Position numbers and translations under genes: made by a program
Notes under the pieces: generated by a model
Databases searched by the model: none
The model's input: only the letters and a program-made list of their open reading frames with translations
Told to the model about the DNA's origin: nothing
In this document: one piece after another, positions 47,404 through 58,962 of the stretch
How the letters are laid out: each line of letters opens with the position of its first letter
How positions within the stretch are numbered: the first letter of the stretch is position 1
Assembly: GCA_016789495.1 (NCBI GenBank)
Contig: JAEUOJ010000201.1
Coordinates: forward strand, 8,787 to 72,786
Origin: Accumulibacter sp.
GTDB lineage: Bacteria; Pseudomonadota; Gammaproteobacteria; Burkholderiales; Rhodocyclaceae
Length of the DNA stretch: 64,000 nt
Direction of reading: 5' to 3'

Positions 47404-47874
47404 GGCACTGTCACTGACGGGTTTCATTGTGATTCTATCAACCTAGCCCATTGCCGACTCCTAGCCGCCGAATCGATAGCCGTCTTTTTTATCGACTTCC
47501 GCGCCGGCAACCACGTTGCCGGCGGCGGTCATGTGGACCGCTCAGCGGACCATCTTTTCCGCAACTTCTCCGCTCATACGGTTCGCCACCTCTTCAATAA
47601 CCGTCGTCGGATCGTCGGCAATTCCATTTGTGCGCGATCGGAGGGCGGATCTTCGTGAAATCGAGGGCTATTCAGCCACGTCGAGAAACGACCGATTGCG
47701 TTCATCATTCGGTGGTTTCATAGGGCAGGTAGAATTCTTCCGAAAACCTCATTCAATTCCTGTACAGATTGAATATCGATGGCAACGACGGTGGGCCTGT
47801 TTCGCCACTGACGGAAAGGGGTCTTGAATGACAACACTCGCCCAGCGCGAATCAGCCCCTTCCGCAACGAGCGA

Positions 47875-49413
47875 TCAGTGATTGGGTGAATTCACGGCGG
47901 CATAAGCGTCGCGCATCGTCCGCTTGAGGGTCTTGCCGGCGGCGTTGCGGGGAAAATCCTGCAGAATCATCACTTCGTGCACCCGCTGAAAACGGGCGCC
48001 GACACGAGCGTTGATCCATGCGCGCAACTCATCGGCAGCGATCACGGCATCGCGTTGCAGCAGCACGGCAGCAACCGGTGTTTCGCCCCATTTCTCGTGT
48101 TCGACACCGAACACAGCGACTTCGCGGATCGCCGGATGACGAGCGGCGACTTCTTCGATGTCCCGAGGATAGATCTTCACCCCACCGCTGTCGATCATGT
48201 CTTTCTTGCGATCGACCAGGTAAAGATAGCCTTCTTCGTCGGCGTACCCCAAGTCGCCGGTGTAGAGCCAGCCGTCGCGCAGCGCCTGGGCGGTCAGGTC
48301 GGGGCGTCCGTAATAACCGGACATCAACGACGGTCCGCGGCCGACGATTTCGCCCACTTGGCCAGGAGGAAGATCGACGCCGTCTTCGCCAACGATGCGC
48401 ATCTCGAAAAAGTACGGCGGCGAGCCGACTGAACCGGCCTTGCGTAACGACTGCGTTTTGTCGAGGATGGTCCAGAACCCTTCGGTCAGGCCGTAAAGCT
48501 CGTAAAAGCGATTCGGAAGCAGCCTGTTCAATTGATCCTTGTGCTCCTGATAGAGCGGTGCGCCCAGTGACAGGATCATTTCCAGCGACGCCAGCTTTTC
48601 GGGAGCGAAATTGGCGGCGTTGAGCACGGCGATGATCTGCGCCGGCACCATCATCGTATGCGTCACCCGCTCACGGGCAATGATGTCGATCGCCTCCTCG
48701 GCATCGAATTGCCGTTGCAACACGTAGCGCGCGCCGAGATAGAAACAGGGCATCAAGGTGACAAAGGCGCCGTTGAAGACAATCGCGCCGGTATGCAGAA
48801 CCACCGATTCGGGCGACATTCGCCAGGTCGAAGCGAATAAGGTGCAATACATCGAGCGGACGAAGTGGCTATGCATGATTCCTTTCGGCAAGCCGGTGGT
48901 GCCGCTGGTGTACATGATGTTGAACAGATCGTCGGAACGGGTGGCCACCGGGGCGGGCAAGTCGGCCGGACAATCGGCCAGTACGCTTTGGTAATCCCGG
49001 TACTCGCCGGTCGCACCATCAACAAGCAGTATCCGCTCGGTGGCAAGCCCGGGCAATTCGGCACGGACCTCGTCGATCACCACCGCCATCGAACGTTGGG
49101 AAATCAGACAGCGGGCGCCCGAATCATTGAGCAGGCTGGACAGTCCAGATGGCATCAGCAATGGACTCAGCGGTACCAGTACCGCGCCGATCGCTGGGAT
49201 GGCCCAGTAGATTTCGAGCAGCTCGTCGCAGTTGGCCAGCACCGTCGCCACCCGGTCGCCTTTTTGAATTCCCAATCGCTGCAAGGCGTGCGCACAACGA
49301 CCGACACGAGCGGCGAATTGCCGCCAATTCAAACGTTGATCCTCGAAAACGACCGCCGTCTGTTCTGGCTTGAACTTGGCATGGTGCCTGATCACATGGC
49401 TTAATTGCAGCAT
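47875..49413 (-). CDS. Acyl-CoA synthetase (class I adenylate-forming)
   Basis: MYTSGTTGLPKG, YGLTEG, TGDLG, DRKKDMIDSGG, PRNAAGK. Confidence 0.92.
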   Translation of the reverse strand: MLQLSHVIRHHAKFKPEQTAVVFEDQRLNWRQFAARVGRCAHALQRLGIQKGDRVATVLANCDELLEIYWAIPAIGAVLVPLSPLLMPSGLSSLLNDSGARCLISQRSMAVVIDEVRAELPGLATERILLVDGATGEYRDYQSVLADCPADLPAPVATRSDDLFNIMYTSGTTGLPKGIMHSHFVRSMYCTLFASTWRMSPESVVLHTGAIVFNGAFVTLMPCFYLGARYVLQRQFDAEEAIDIIARERVTHTMMVPAQIIAVLNAANFAPEKLASLEMILSLGAPLYQEHKDQLNRLLPNRFYELYGLTEGFWTILDKTQSLRKAGSVGSPPYFFEMRIVGEDGVDLPPGQVGEIVGRGPSLMSGYYGRPDLTAQALRDGWLYTGDLGYADEEGYLYLVDRKKDMIDSGGVKIYPRDIEEVAARHPAIREVAVFGVEHEKWGETPVAAVLLQRDAVIAADELRAWINARVGARFQRVHEVMILQDFPRNAAGKTLKRTMRDAYAAVNSPNH

Positions 49414-49768
49414 CTTCCCTCCTGACAGTCAATTTGCCGCCCGAACGCGCCGGATACGAGCGGACCGCAAGAAATGTTCCCGTGACACGGGGATCCGGAT
49501 GACCTCCAGACGCCTCCCTGGCGCGGTGAAGGCTGCTGGTGGTCGCCGGCCACAGCTTATCGCAACGCAACAAACAGTGATAGAAACGATGCTTTCTCGA
49601 CCGTTCAAGCCAGCGCAGCCACTTCACCCCGATAAGAATTGTCCACCGCCGGCGCTTCGCGGCAAGACGCGCAAAAACAAGATTTCTTCCAGCGTTTTTC
49701 GTAAAGAATCGGCCGCAAGGAAACTGATCCATGGGTGCAACAAAACCAGCGTAGAGGAGTAAAATGAA

Positions 49769-49784
49769 TTGTGCGGTGCAGAAT
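49769..49784. promoter_or_regulatory. Putative PhaR-type box
   Basis: TTGTGCGGTGCAGAAT, near-identical to the 46969 site, in the long divergent intergenic region. Confidence 0.5.
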
Positions 49785-50202
49785 GACGCCGCTGAAACAG
49801 TTTTCTCGACAGGTTTATTTGTGTCCTCCTTTGATGCCTTCCGATGGGCAGGTCGCTATCCTTCGCAGGATCGCAAAATCAGCGAACGAAATCCACTGCG
49901 GCCGACGATCGGTCAACGTTGGCAGGATGCATTCTGGCAAATCGTCCCTTCGATTGCGCGGCAAAATGTCAGCGGATGTCCCATGAAAGGCACCCCGCCG
50001 GATGGTTCCATCCACCTCGCGGATTGGTCGGCAATCTGCGGAAGCTGGTGCGTTTGGGGATTGGAGCGAGCCAGATCAGTTTTGATTCAAATCGTTGCCC
50101 ACGACGAAATTACGACTAAGATTTTTCGGCGAGGTCAAGGTAATCGTGGATCGCCCCGTCGGGCGGGTCCGTTTTACTATCGTTAGATTCTGGAGGTTGA
50201 AA

Positions 50203-51672
50203 ATGTTTGCACTGCTTAGAGAAATACCTGATTTCACGACGAGTTGGTGCCGGTACACCTTGGCGATGATGCGCGCCTCGAACCGTGAAGTGAGTGAATT
50301 CAACGACAACCTCTTCATTGCCGCGCACATCGCGCTGACCGCTGCGCGCGACAACCCGTTGAGTATGATGGAAACCATGGAAATCGTTGAACACAACGCC
50401 AGCATGGCCCGCAAAGGACTCAGCGGCATGCAGGATAAAATGGCTGATTACGCTTTCGACCAGATCGAAGAGGCCACCCGTGCCTTCCTCAATTCGCTCC
50501 TTCAGTCCGATGGCGAAAAGCTGAGCGGCTACATGCGCCGCGAAGCAGATATCATGGAATCGGTTTCAAACTTCAATGAACAGATCGAAGCCATCGCCGA
50601 CGAATTCGGCTTCCACTTCAATACCGCCAATTACAAGCTGGTTCATGAGACCGACGGCTTTCAGCTGTATCAGGTACTACCGCTCAAGCCGGGCGTCGAG
50701 GTTCGTACCGACCTCAAACCCGTGATGCTGGTCCCGCCGTATATGCTCGGCGTGCACATCCTGTCCTTCCTGCCGTACGAAAACAAGAGCTACAGCCATT
50801 CGTTCGCCAACGAAGGAATTCCGACCTATGTTCGCGTGGTCAAGGACATCATGACCAACGACAAAGTCCAGACGATGACTCCCGAACAGGACTGCGAGCA
50901 AACCTACGAATTGCTGGCCAAGATCAAGGAACTCAACGGCGGCAAGAAAGTCACCCTCAACGGTACCTGCCAGGGGGGTTACATCTGCCTGATGAACATC
51001 CTCTCCGGCAAACTGCAAGACGTCTGCGACGCGCTGATCACCAACGTCACGCCGGTCGACGGCACCTACAGCGCGGCGATCAGCGGCATGCCGACGATGC
51101 ACCACGACTTCATCACCACCACCCTGCCGAGCGGCAACAAAGTCGCCAACGGTTATCTGCTGAGCCTGGGGATGCGTTTCGTCGCCATCGACCGCGAGAC
51201 GCCGCTGGTCAAGGTACTCGACCAGGCATCGCTGCATCGCGCCACCGATCTCAATCCGGGCAAGACACCGGCAGCGTTGTTCCGCTGGCTGCTCAAGGAG
51301 CGGGTGCACCTGCCACTAGCCATCGCCAACATGAGCTCGCACACGTTCCAGGACCCGATTGCCGACGACGGCACCTTACCGGTGAAACTGTTCGACAAAC
51401 CATTGAACATCAAGAGCCTGATCGACCTCAATGTGCCGTGGTATCAGAATTACGCGATCAAGGATGATCTGGTCACTCCGCCGTGCGCCACCGCCGGCAA
51501 CAAGTATCTGGGCGACTGGAGTGGCCTTGAGTCTGTCGCTTTCTTCGGCGGACACGTGGCAATCCTTACCAGCCCGTATGCCAAGAAAGCACCGGTCAAT
51601 GGTGCATTCACCGATGCCAATGGCAAAGCCAGCCGCGGTCCGGTGAAGTTCCAGATGGACATTTCGGCCTGA
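50203..51672 (+). CDS. Divergent PHA-synthase-like alpha/beta hydrolase
   Basis: RBS GGAGG; PVMLVPPYMLG, Cys nucleophile box NGTCQGG, IKDDLV, GGHVA. Confidence 0.72.
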   Translation: MFALLREIPDFTTSWCRYTLAMMRASNREVSEFNDNLFIAAHIALTAARDNPLSMMETMEIVEHNASMARKGLSGMQDKMADYAFDQIEEATRAFLNSLLQSDGEKLSGYMRREADIMESVSNFNEQIEAIADEFGFHFNTANYKLVHETDGFQLYQVLPLKPGVEVRTDLKPVMLVPPYMLGVHILSFLPYENKSYSHSFANEGIPTYVRVVKDIMTNDKVQTMTPEQDCEQTYELLAKIKELNGGKKVTLNGTCQGGYICLMNILSGKLQDVCDALITNVTPVDGTYSAAISGMPTMHHDFITTTLPSGNKVANGYLLSLGMRFVAIDRETPLVKVLDQASLHRATDLNPGKTPAALFRWLLKERVHLPLAIANMSSHTFQDPIADDGTLPVKLFDKPLNIKSLIDLNVPWYQNYAIKDDLVTPPCATAGNKYLGDWSGLESVAFFGGHVAILTSPYAKKAPVNGAFTDANGKASRGPVKFQMDISA

Positions 51673-51902
51673 AGCATGACCCGGCATAACCCGCGTCGGG
51701 GTCGCCCTCTGAAATAAGGTTTGCCAATCTTACCCGACGCCAGTCGCCGGCCGAACCTCGTTCGGACCGGCGACAGTTTCATCGACCCGAGGCGACGACA
51801 TCCACCACGAATTTTCCGGTTGATGCGGCGGTTTCAGAACGTACCGCCAGTCGACACCCGTGTAACAACCGCCCAATAATCATTCTCTGGAGGGTTTTAC
51901 TC

Positions 51903-52679
51903 ATGAGCTATAACAACATCATTGTCGAAGTGCAAGGAAAAGTCGGTCTGATCACCCTCAATCGTCCCAAACAGCTCAATGCGCTCAACGATGACCTGAT
52001 GAACGAACTGGGACAGGCCTTGCTGGCTTTCGAAGCCGACGAAAACATCGGCGCGATGGTCATTACCGGCTCAGAAAAGGCATTCGCCGCCGGCGCCGAC
52101 ATCACCGTCATGCAATCGCTGAGCTACATGGACGCCTACAAAGGCGACTTCATCACCCGGAATTGGGAAACCCTGAAAAATTGCCGCAAGCCGGTAATCG
52201 CCGCGGTGGCTGGCTTCGCGCTTGGCGGCGGTTGCGAACTGGCGATGATGTGCGACATCATCATTGCCGCCGACACCGCACAGTTCGGCCAACCCGAAAT
52301 CCGCCTGGGCGTCCTGCCCGGTGCCGGCGGCACGCAGCGTCTGCCGCGTGCCATTTCCAAGGCCAAAGCGATGGAAATGTGCCTGGCCTCGCGCAACATC
52401 GACGCGCAGGAGGCCGAACGTGCCGGCTTGGTGTCGCGGATCGTCCCGGCCGACAAACTGCTTGAAGAAGCGATGTCCACCGCCAAGAAGATCGCCAGTT
52501 TCTCGCTGCCGGTAGTGATGATGATTAAGGAATGCATCAACCGCTCGTACGAAAGCTCCCTATCGGAAGGTTTGCTGTTCGAACGCCGGACGTTCCATGC
52601 CGTTTTCGCCCTCGACGATCAGAAAGAGGGCATGGCCGCTTTCGTCGAAAAGCGCAAAGCGTCATTCAACAATAAATAA
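51903..52679 (+). CDS. Enoyl-CoA hydratase (PaaF/EchA8-like)
   Basis: [36 protein letters not shown]. Confidence 0.93.
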   Translation: MSYNNIIVEVQGKVGLITLNRPKQLNALNDDLMNELGQALLAFEADENIGAMVITGSEKAFAAGADITVMQSLSYMDAYKGDFITRNWETLKNCRKPVIAAVAGFALGGGCELAMMCDIIIAADTAQFGQPEIRLGVLPGAGGTQRLPRAISKAKAMEMCLASRNIDAQEAERAGLVSRIVPADKLLEEAMSTAKKIASFSLPVVMMIKECINRSYESSLSEGLLFERRTFHAVFALDDQKEGMAAFVEKRKASFNNK

Positions 52680-52710
52680 GGCTACGCGGCAACCTCCGCC
52701 GCGTTCATAG

Positions 52711-52746
52711 CCTGGCCCGTCGTCGAAGCACCGAAGACGGGCCAGG
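52711..52746. terminator. Hairpin between convergent genes
   Basis: CCTGGCCCGTC-N14-GACGGGCCAGG. Confidence 0.6.
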
Positions 52747-52771
52747 ATTCATTGGCTAACCGACCCCGTGT

Positions 52772-55357
52772 TCAGCAGGGAGTCAGATCGACGACATTCT
52801 GAATGGCAATCTGATCGACCCACGCCTGGGCGTAAACCTTGGCGTGCAGATTTGAATACGCCGCCACTTCGAGGGTCAACGTAACCATCCGGTCAGCAAA
52901 ACGCGACAGGTCGATCGCCGTCTGGCGCAGCCACTCGGTTTCCTGGTGAGCCATGCCGATCGCCGTCACTTCGTCCACCACCACCCCATCGACCAGAATC
53001 CGGAAACTGGCGCTAGTGTAGTCGTTGATCGCCGCCTGAAGATCGAGACGACGCACGTACGACAATTCGGGATGCCTGCCGAGTTGGACTCGCCGGGAAA
53101 TCGATTGCGCACGCGGACCAATCGCACCCTCGTCGCCGGAGACGACATGGCCATGGAGCATCGAGCCGCCGCGAAAAGCGCGCGGATCGTCAACCAACAA
53201 TTCCCACCCGGCACCTTCCCAACCGGCGCTGTGCAGTTCCGCCGTCGACCGACCGGCACCAGAACGTTGTGCCAGACCTTTGATTCCTTTCATCGCCCCG
53301 GCCGCTTCCAGCGCCGTCGCTATGATTCCGGGAACATCGATGCCGAGCGGCGCGCCACTGGCGGGACGTTTGGCGGTAGTGCCGCTCTTCAGCAAACCGG
53401 CGGCTTCCAGCGAAGCAGAAATGATGCCATGCACGTCGAGGCCGAAGGTTCTATCACTCGTTCCTCGGGGTGTCCGCTGCTCCTCGGCCGTGTGGCTACG
53501 TGGGCCGTCACGCCGGATGTCGGTGACGAACGGTTCGTTGACTTCCAGTGGTTCCGCGGCAGGGCGACGACTTGCGGACCGCTCATCGGCCTCGGTTGAC
53601 GTATTTTGGTTAAAGTCGCCGGCGCTATGCGTAGAGCTTGACTGGGTAGCCAGCAGCCCCCAAAAATCGGCGATCCGATGTGTGGATGAAATCCCCACCG
53701 CATTGAAAAAAGGTGCCGCGGTGCCGCACTGATCCGGACCGGCCCCTGGATCGAGCGCCGCCCCGTGCGACATGCCGGTAATCGTGTAGCTCTCGATCAC
53801 TTCCTCTCCATCGGCGTTCAGCCAGACGCGTCGTGGATAGCCGGCAACGGTCATTTGCCTTGTCGGTTCGATCGCCAGAGCATGCACATCGGTCCATTGC
53901 TTGATCATTTCTTCGGCGTTGACCGGTTTGACCGCCGTATCGGCGTCACCATGCCACACCGACAGCTTGGGCCACGGACCCTGATGGTCAGACGCCTGGC
54001 GAACCAGATCGCCCCATTCGCCGGCCGAGCGACAGCGGCCGACGAAAATGCTTTCCAGTCCTTCCTGCAAACCTTTGGCCGAGCGGAATGGCACCCCGGC
54101 GATGACCGCCCCACCGGCGAAGACTTCGGGATAGGTGGCCAGCATCACCGCGCTCATCGCCCCGCCGGATGAGGTGCCGTTGACATAAACCCGCCTAGCA
54201 TCCAGTCCTTGTGTGCGCACCAGATGATCGACCATCTGCCGGATCGACAATGCCTCGCCTTTCTGTCGGTCGTTGTCTTCCGGCCGGAACCAGTTGAAAC
54301 AGCGCAAGGGATTGTTGTTCCACTGTTGCTGAGGGAACAACAATGCGAAACCGTAACGATCGGCGAGCGTAGACCAGCCGCTGCCCTTGTTGTACGACGC
54401 CGCGCTCTGGGTGCAGCCGTGCAATACCACCACCAACGGTGCGTTGGCCGGCAAATCGGCCGGCAGGTAGGTCAACATGCGCAGCTCACCCGGATTCAGG
54501 CCGAAATCGGTGACTTCGCGCAGGCGTGTCTCCTGCGCCTCCACCTGCTCCGACCAGGCCTGGACGTTGGCCAGCGTCGACAACAATTTTTCCCAGCGAC
54601 TGCCGTGCGGTGTTTTGGCCGCCAACTGCGCCATTTTTTTGATCGAAGCCATTTTTTGGCTCAGTTTGTTCAACATTGGGCTTCTCCTGTCATCAGACAA
54701 GGTAGTAAGGGAACCGATCTCGATCAATTTTCGGACCGGCAGAAAAACGGCATGGGACAAACCCGGTTCGACTCGACCTTCGCGTAGTGGATCCAGCCAG
54801 GCGGGCGGGTTGGCGCCCGCCGCCAACCCGTAGGTGTGACTGACGACCGCCCGACGCCCTTGCCACCAGCTGCTGAACTGCAGGGCGGCCACCGGGCAGC
54901 CCCGGTTAACCCACACCCCGAACAGTTCGCCGGCGACAACGGCGCGGGTGTCTTCGCTGGCCGCCAAGGACAGCAAATGAGCCAAGGCTTCACCGAAGCA
55001 CAGGCCGTCAACCACGTTGGACGACAGTAGCGCCGGCGTGTGTTCACTGTTCGCCACCCGCGGACCGAAAAGGACCCGCGGTGTGTGGCCGTCGGGCGTC
55101 ACGCTAGTCGCGCGCAGAGCGGCGTAACAGCGAATCGCTTCGACGGTCTGGGATTGTTGCGGCGCCGCCATGACGCCGATCAGCAGATCGGCGGCGTATT
55201 GCGGTGTCGCCGGCGGCGAGCCACGACCACGTGGCCCCGGGGAGAACAAACCGCCCGAAACCAACAAGGTGACGCGGAAACGCAGGTCGCGACGCGATTC
55301 GCCGAGAATGTCGGCGAGTCGCTCGCTGAATTCATAACGTGCCAGTCCAGTTGCCAT
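52772..55357 (-). CDS. PHB-depolymerase-family (LpqC) esterase with N- and C-terminal extra domains; internal start at 54676
   Basis: FGLNPGELRM, LVVVLHGCTQ, CFNWF, GTSSGG, WHGDADTAV, GMSHG; in-frame ATG at 54676 preceded by AGGAG. Confidence 0.82.
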   Translation of the reverse strand: MATGLARYEFSERLADILGESRRDLRFRVTLLVSGGLFSPGPRGRGSPPATPQYAADLLIGVMAAPQQSQTVEAIRCYAALRATSVTPDGHTPRVLFGPRVANSEHTPALLSSNVVDGLCFGEALAHLLSLAASEDTRAVVAGELFGVWVNRGCPVAALQFSSWWQGRRAVVSHTYGLAAGANPPAWLDPLREGRVEPGLSHAVFLPVRKLIEIGSLTTLSDDRRSPMLNKLSQKMASIKKMAQLAAKTPHGSRWEKLLSTLANVQAWSEQVEAQETRLREVTDFGLNPGELRMLTYLPADLPANAPLVVVLHGCTQSAASYNKGSGWSTLADRYGFALLFPQQQWNNNPLRCFNWFRPEDNDRQKGEALSIRQMVDHLVRTQGLDARRVYVNGTSSGGAMSAVMLATYPEVFAGGAVIAGVPFRSAKGLQEGLESIFVGRCRSAGEWGDLVRQASDHQGPWPKLSVWHGDADTAVKPVNAEEMIKQWTDVHALAIEPTRQMTVAGYPRRVWLNADGEEVIESYTITGMSHGAALDPGAGPDQCGTAAPFFNAVGISSTHRIADFWGLLATQSSSTHSAGDFNQNTSTEADERSASRRPAAEPLEVNEPFVTDIRRDGPRSHTAEEQRTPRGTSDRTFGLDVHGIISASLEAAGLLKSGTTAKRPASGAPLGIDVPGIIATALEAAGAMKGIKGLAQRSGAGRSTAELHSAGWEGAGWELLVDDPRAFRGGSMLHGHVVSGDEGAIGPRAQSISRRVQLGRHPELSYVRRLDLQAAINDYTSASFRILVDGVVVDEVTAIGMAHQETEWLRQTAIDLSRFADRMVTLTLEVAAYSNLHAKVYAQAWVDQIAIQNVVDLTPC

Positions 55358-55730
55358 GGCGCAACCATAGCACGTCCACTTGGAAAATGCAGCTAATTAT
55401 TTAGTAAGTGCAAAGAAATAAATTTTGTCCTGCCCCGCCCAGCCGATGACAGCTCGCAAGCTCCGCCGTCGCCTCACTTGACGAAGGCAATCCCGGAGAA
55501 ACGGAGCCAGCCGATGAACCATCGTCGCCCATCGACCGCCGATCGGCTTGCCGGCCCGGAGGTTCCAGACCTGATTGATGGCAATGACCGAGGGAGAGCC
55601 GGCTGGCGGGCGAAAGGAAGTGGCGTCGAGCATGAAGAACGCTGGCCTCCCGAAAGTTCACAGCCGCTACCCGGTGACCGCTCCGCACCAAGCCGCGCCG
55701 GCGAGACCGTCTTGCCAGGCAGATCCAGAC

Positions 55731-56333
55731 TCATTCCTCCATCGCTGAGTCGACCAGCACCATCGTCGCAGCGAGATCGGCGATGGTATCCAGCGAAAGC
55801 GCTCCGTCGGGCCGATACCATTGGCTGCACCAGTTGAGCATGCCGAAAAGCAACAGGCGCGTCGCTTTCGCCGGACCGCGCAGCCGACCGCCGGCCGCGA
55901 GTTCGTCGAGAGTCGCTTGCCAGAGTTGCTGATAACGGTCGGTCGCGGCGGTGATTTCAGCGTGGGCGTCGCTTGCCAACGAGCGCGACTCATAGAACAG
56001 CAGCGACGCCGGGCACTCGCTTTCAAGCAAGGTGCCAAGATGGGTGCGGATCATCGTCCGCAAACGTCGCTCAGGATCGGCGATGCCGGCCACCGCCGTT
56101 TGCAAACGCTGTAGACCACTGTCGATGCCGGCGATCATCGCCGCTTTGAGCAAATCGTGTTTGCTGCGGAAATGATAGAACGGACTGCCGGGACACATGC
56201 CGACCGCGTCGGCAATGTCACGAGTGGTGGTCGCCTCGAATCCTTTCGCAACAAACAGTCGCGTCGCCATCTGCAACAATTCGTCGCGGCGATTGGCTTC
56301 CAGTGACGCGTCAGCCTTCTTGCGGCGGCTCAT
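55731..56333 (-). CDS. TetR-family regulator
   Basis: ATRLFVAKGFEATTTRDIA.AVG...GSPFYHF.SK; GMLNWCSQWYRPDG; starts 5 nt after fadH. Confidence 0.92.
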   Translation of the reverse strand: MSRRKKADASLEANRRDELLQMATRLFVAKGFEATTTRDIADAVGMCPGSPFYHFRSKHDLLKAAMIAGIDSGLQRLQTAVAGIADPERRLRTMIRTHLGTLLESECPASLLFYESRSLASDAHAEITAATDRYQQLWQATLDELAAGGRLRGPAKATRLLLFGMLNWCSQWYRPDGALSLDTIADLAATMVLVDSAMEE

Positions 56334-56338
56334 CGCGT

Positions 56339-58399
<2,061 letters not shown>

Positions 58400-58423
58400 T
58401 TAAGCAAGCAAGCGCTTGCTTAA
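58400..58423. promoter_or_regulatory. Putative TetR operator upstream of fadH-tetR
   Basis: TTAAGCAAGC-AAGC-GCTTGCTTAA perfect 10-bp arms, 37 nt upstream of the fadH start. Confidence 0.7.
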
Positions 58424-58464
58424 TTTTCTTCGATTGACCGATAGCTGACAAGAGCCCTACCAAG

Positions 58465-58660
58465 GAGTCTTGTCCACCACCAGCGCGCAACCGCCAACCG
58501 GACGACCCGGACCCTGCGGATGGCCAACGCTGGCCTTGTTCCCGTCAGTCTATTGGGTACCTACCACCGTCGCCCCTGCGCCCGCCTCCATCGGCCGCAG
58601 CTCCTTTCTTTCACCGCTCATAAACTGGCTCGACTGATTTACGTCATGCGGACGAGGAAA
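58465..58660 (+). pseudogene. IS110-family transposase C-terminal remnant
   Basis: ...TANRTTRTLRMA...LGTYHRRPCARL...TAHKLARLIYVM resembles the IS110 C-terminus; no N-terminal part; bounds approximate. Confidence 0.7.
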
Positions 58661-58962
58661 ACCGCAAACGGTCTTCGGCGCGAAACCGGTTTGAAGATTC
58701 GCCTCGGGTGACCAAGCGGTAATTTGGCTACCCCCACAAAGGCGCGAAAAGAGGCTGGCAATCACTCTGCCCAGGCAGTCACACGGATCCATTGACAAGC
58801 CTGCACTTGGCAAGGCGTGCGCCGCGGCCGCAAGCCGGAGAATTGTGACCTCCGCGCCTGAAAAGTCCACCACCAAGGAGCAAATGGCTCAGGAACGGCG
58901 GGAGGAAAGCGCATCGCATGCCGAATCAGCTGGCAAACGATCGTAGCTCGGGTGGAGCTTGT

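Noticed and set aside
50081-50094. FNR-like box TTGAT-TCAA-ATCGT (also TTGAT-CGAA-GTCAG near 46717)
   Set aside because: Two mismatches each and no clear promoter geometry; too weak to call.
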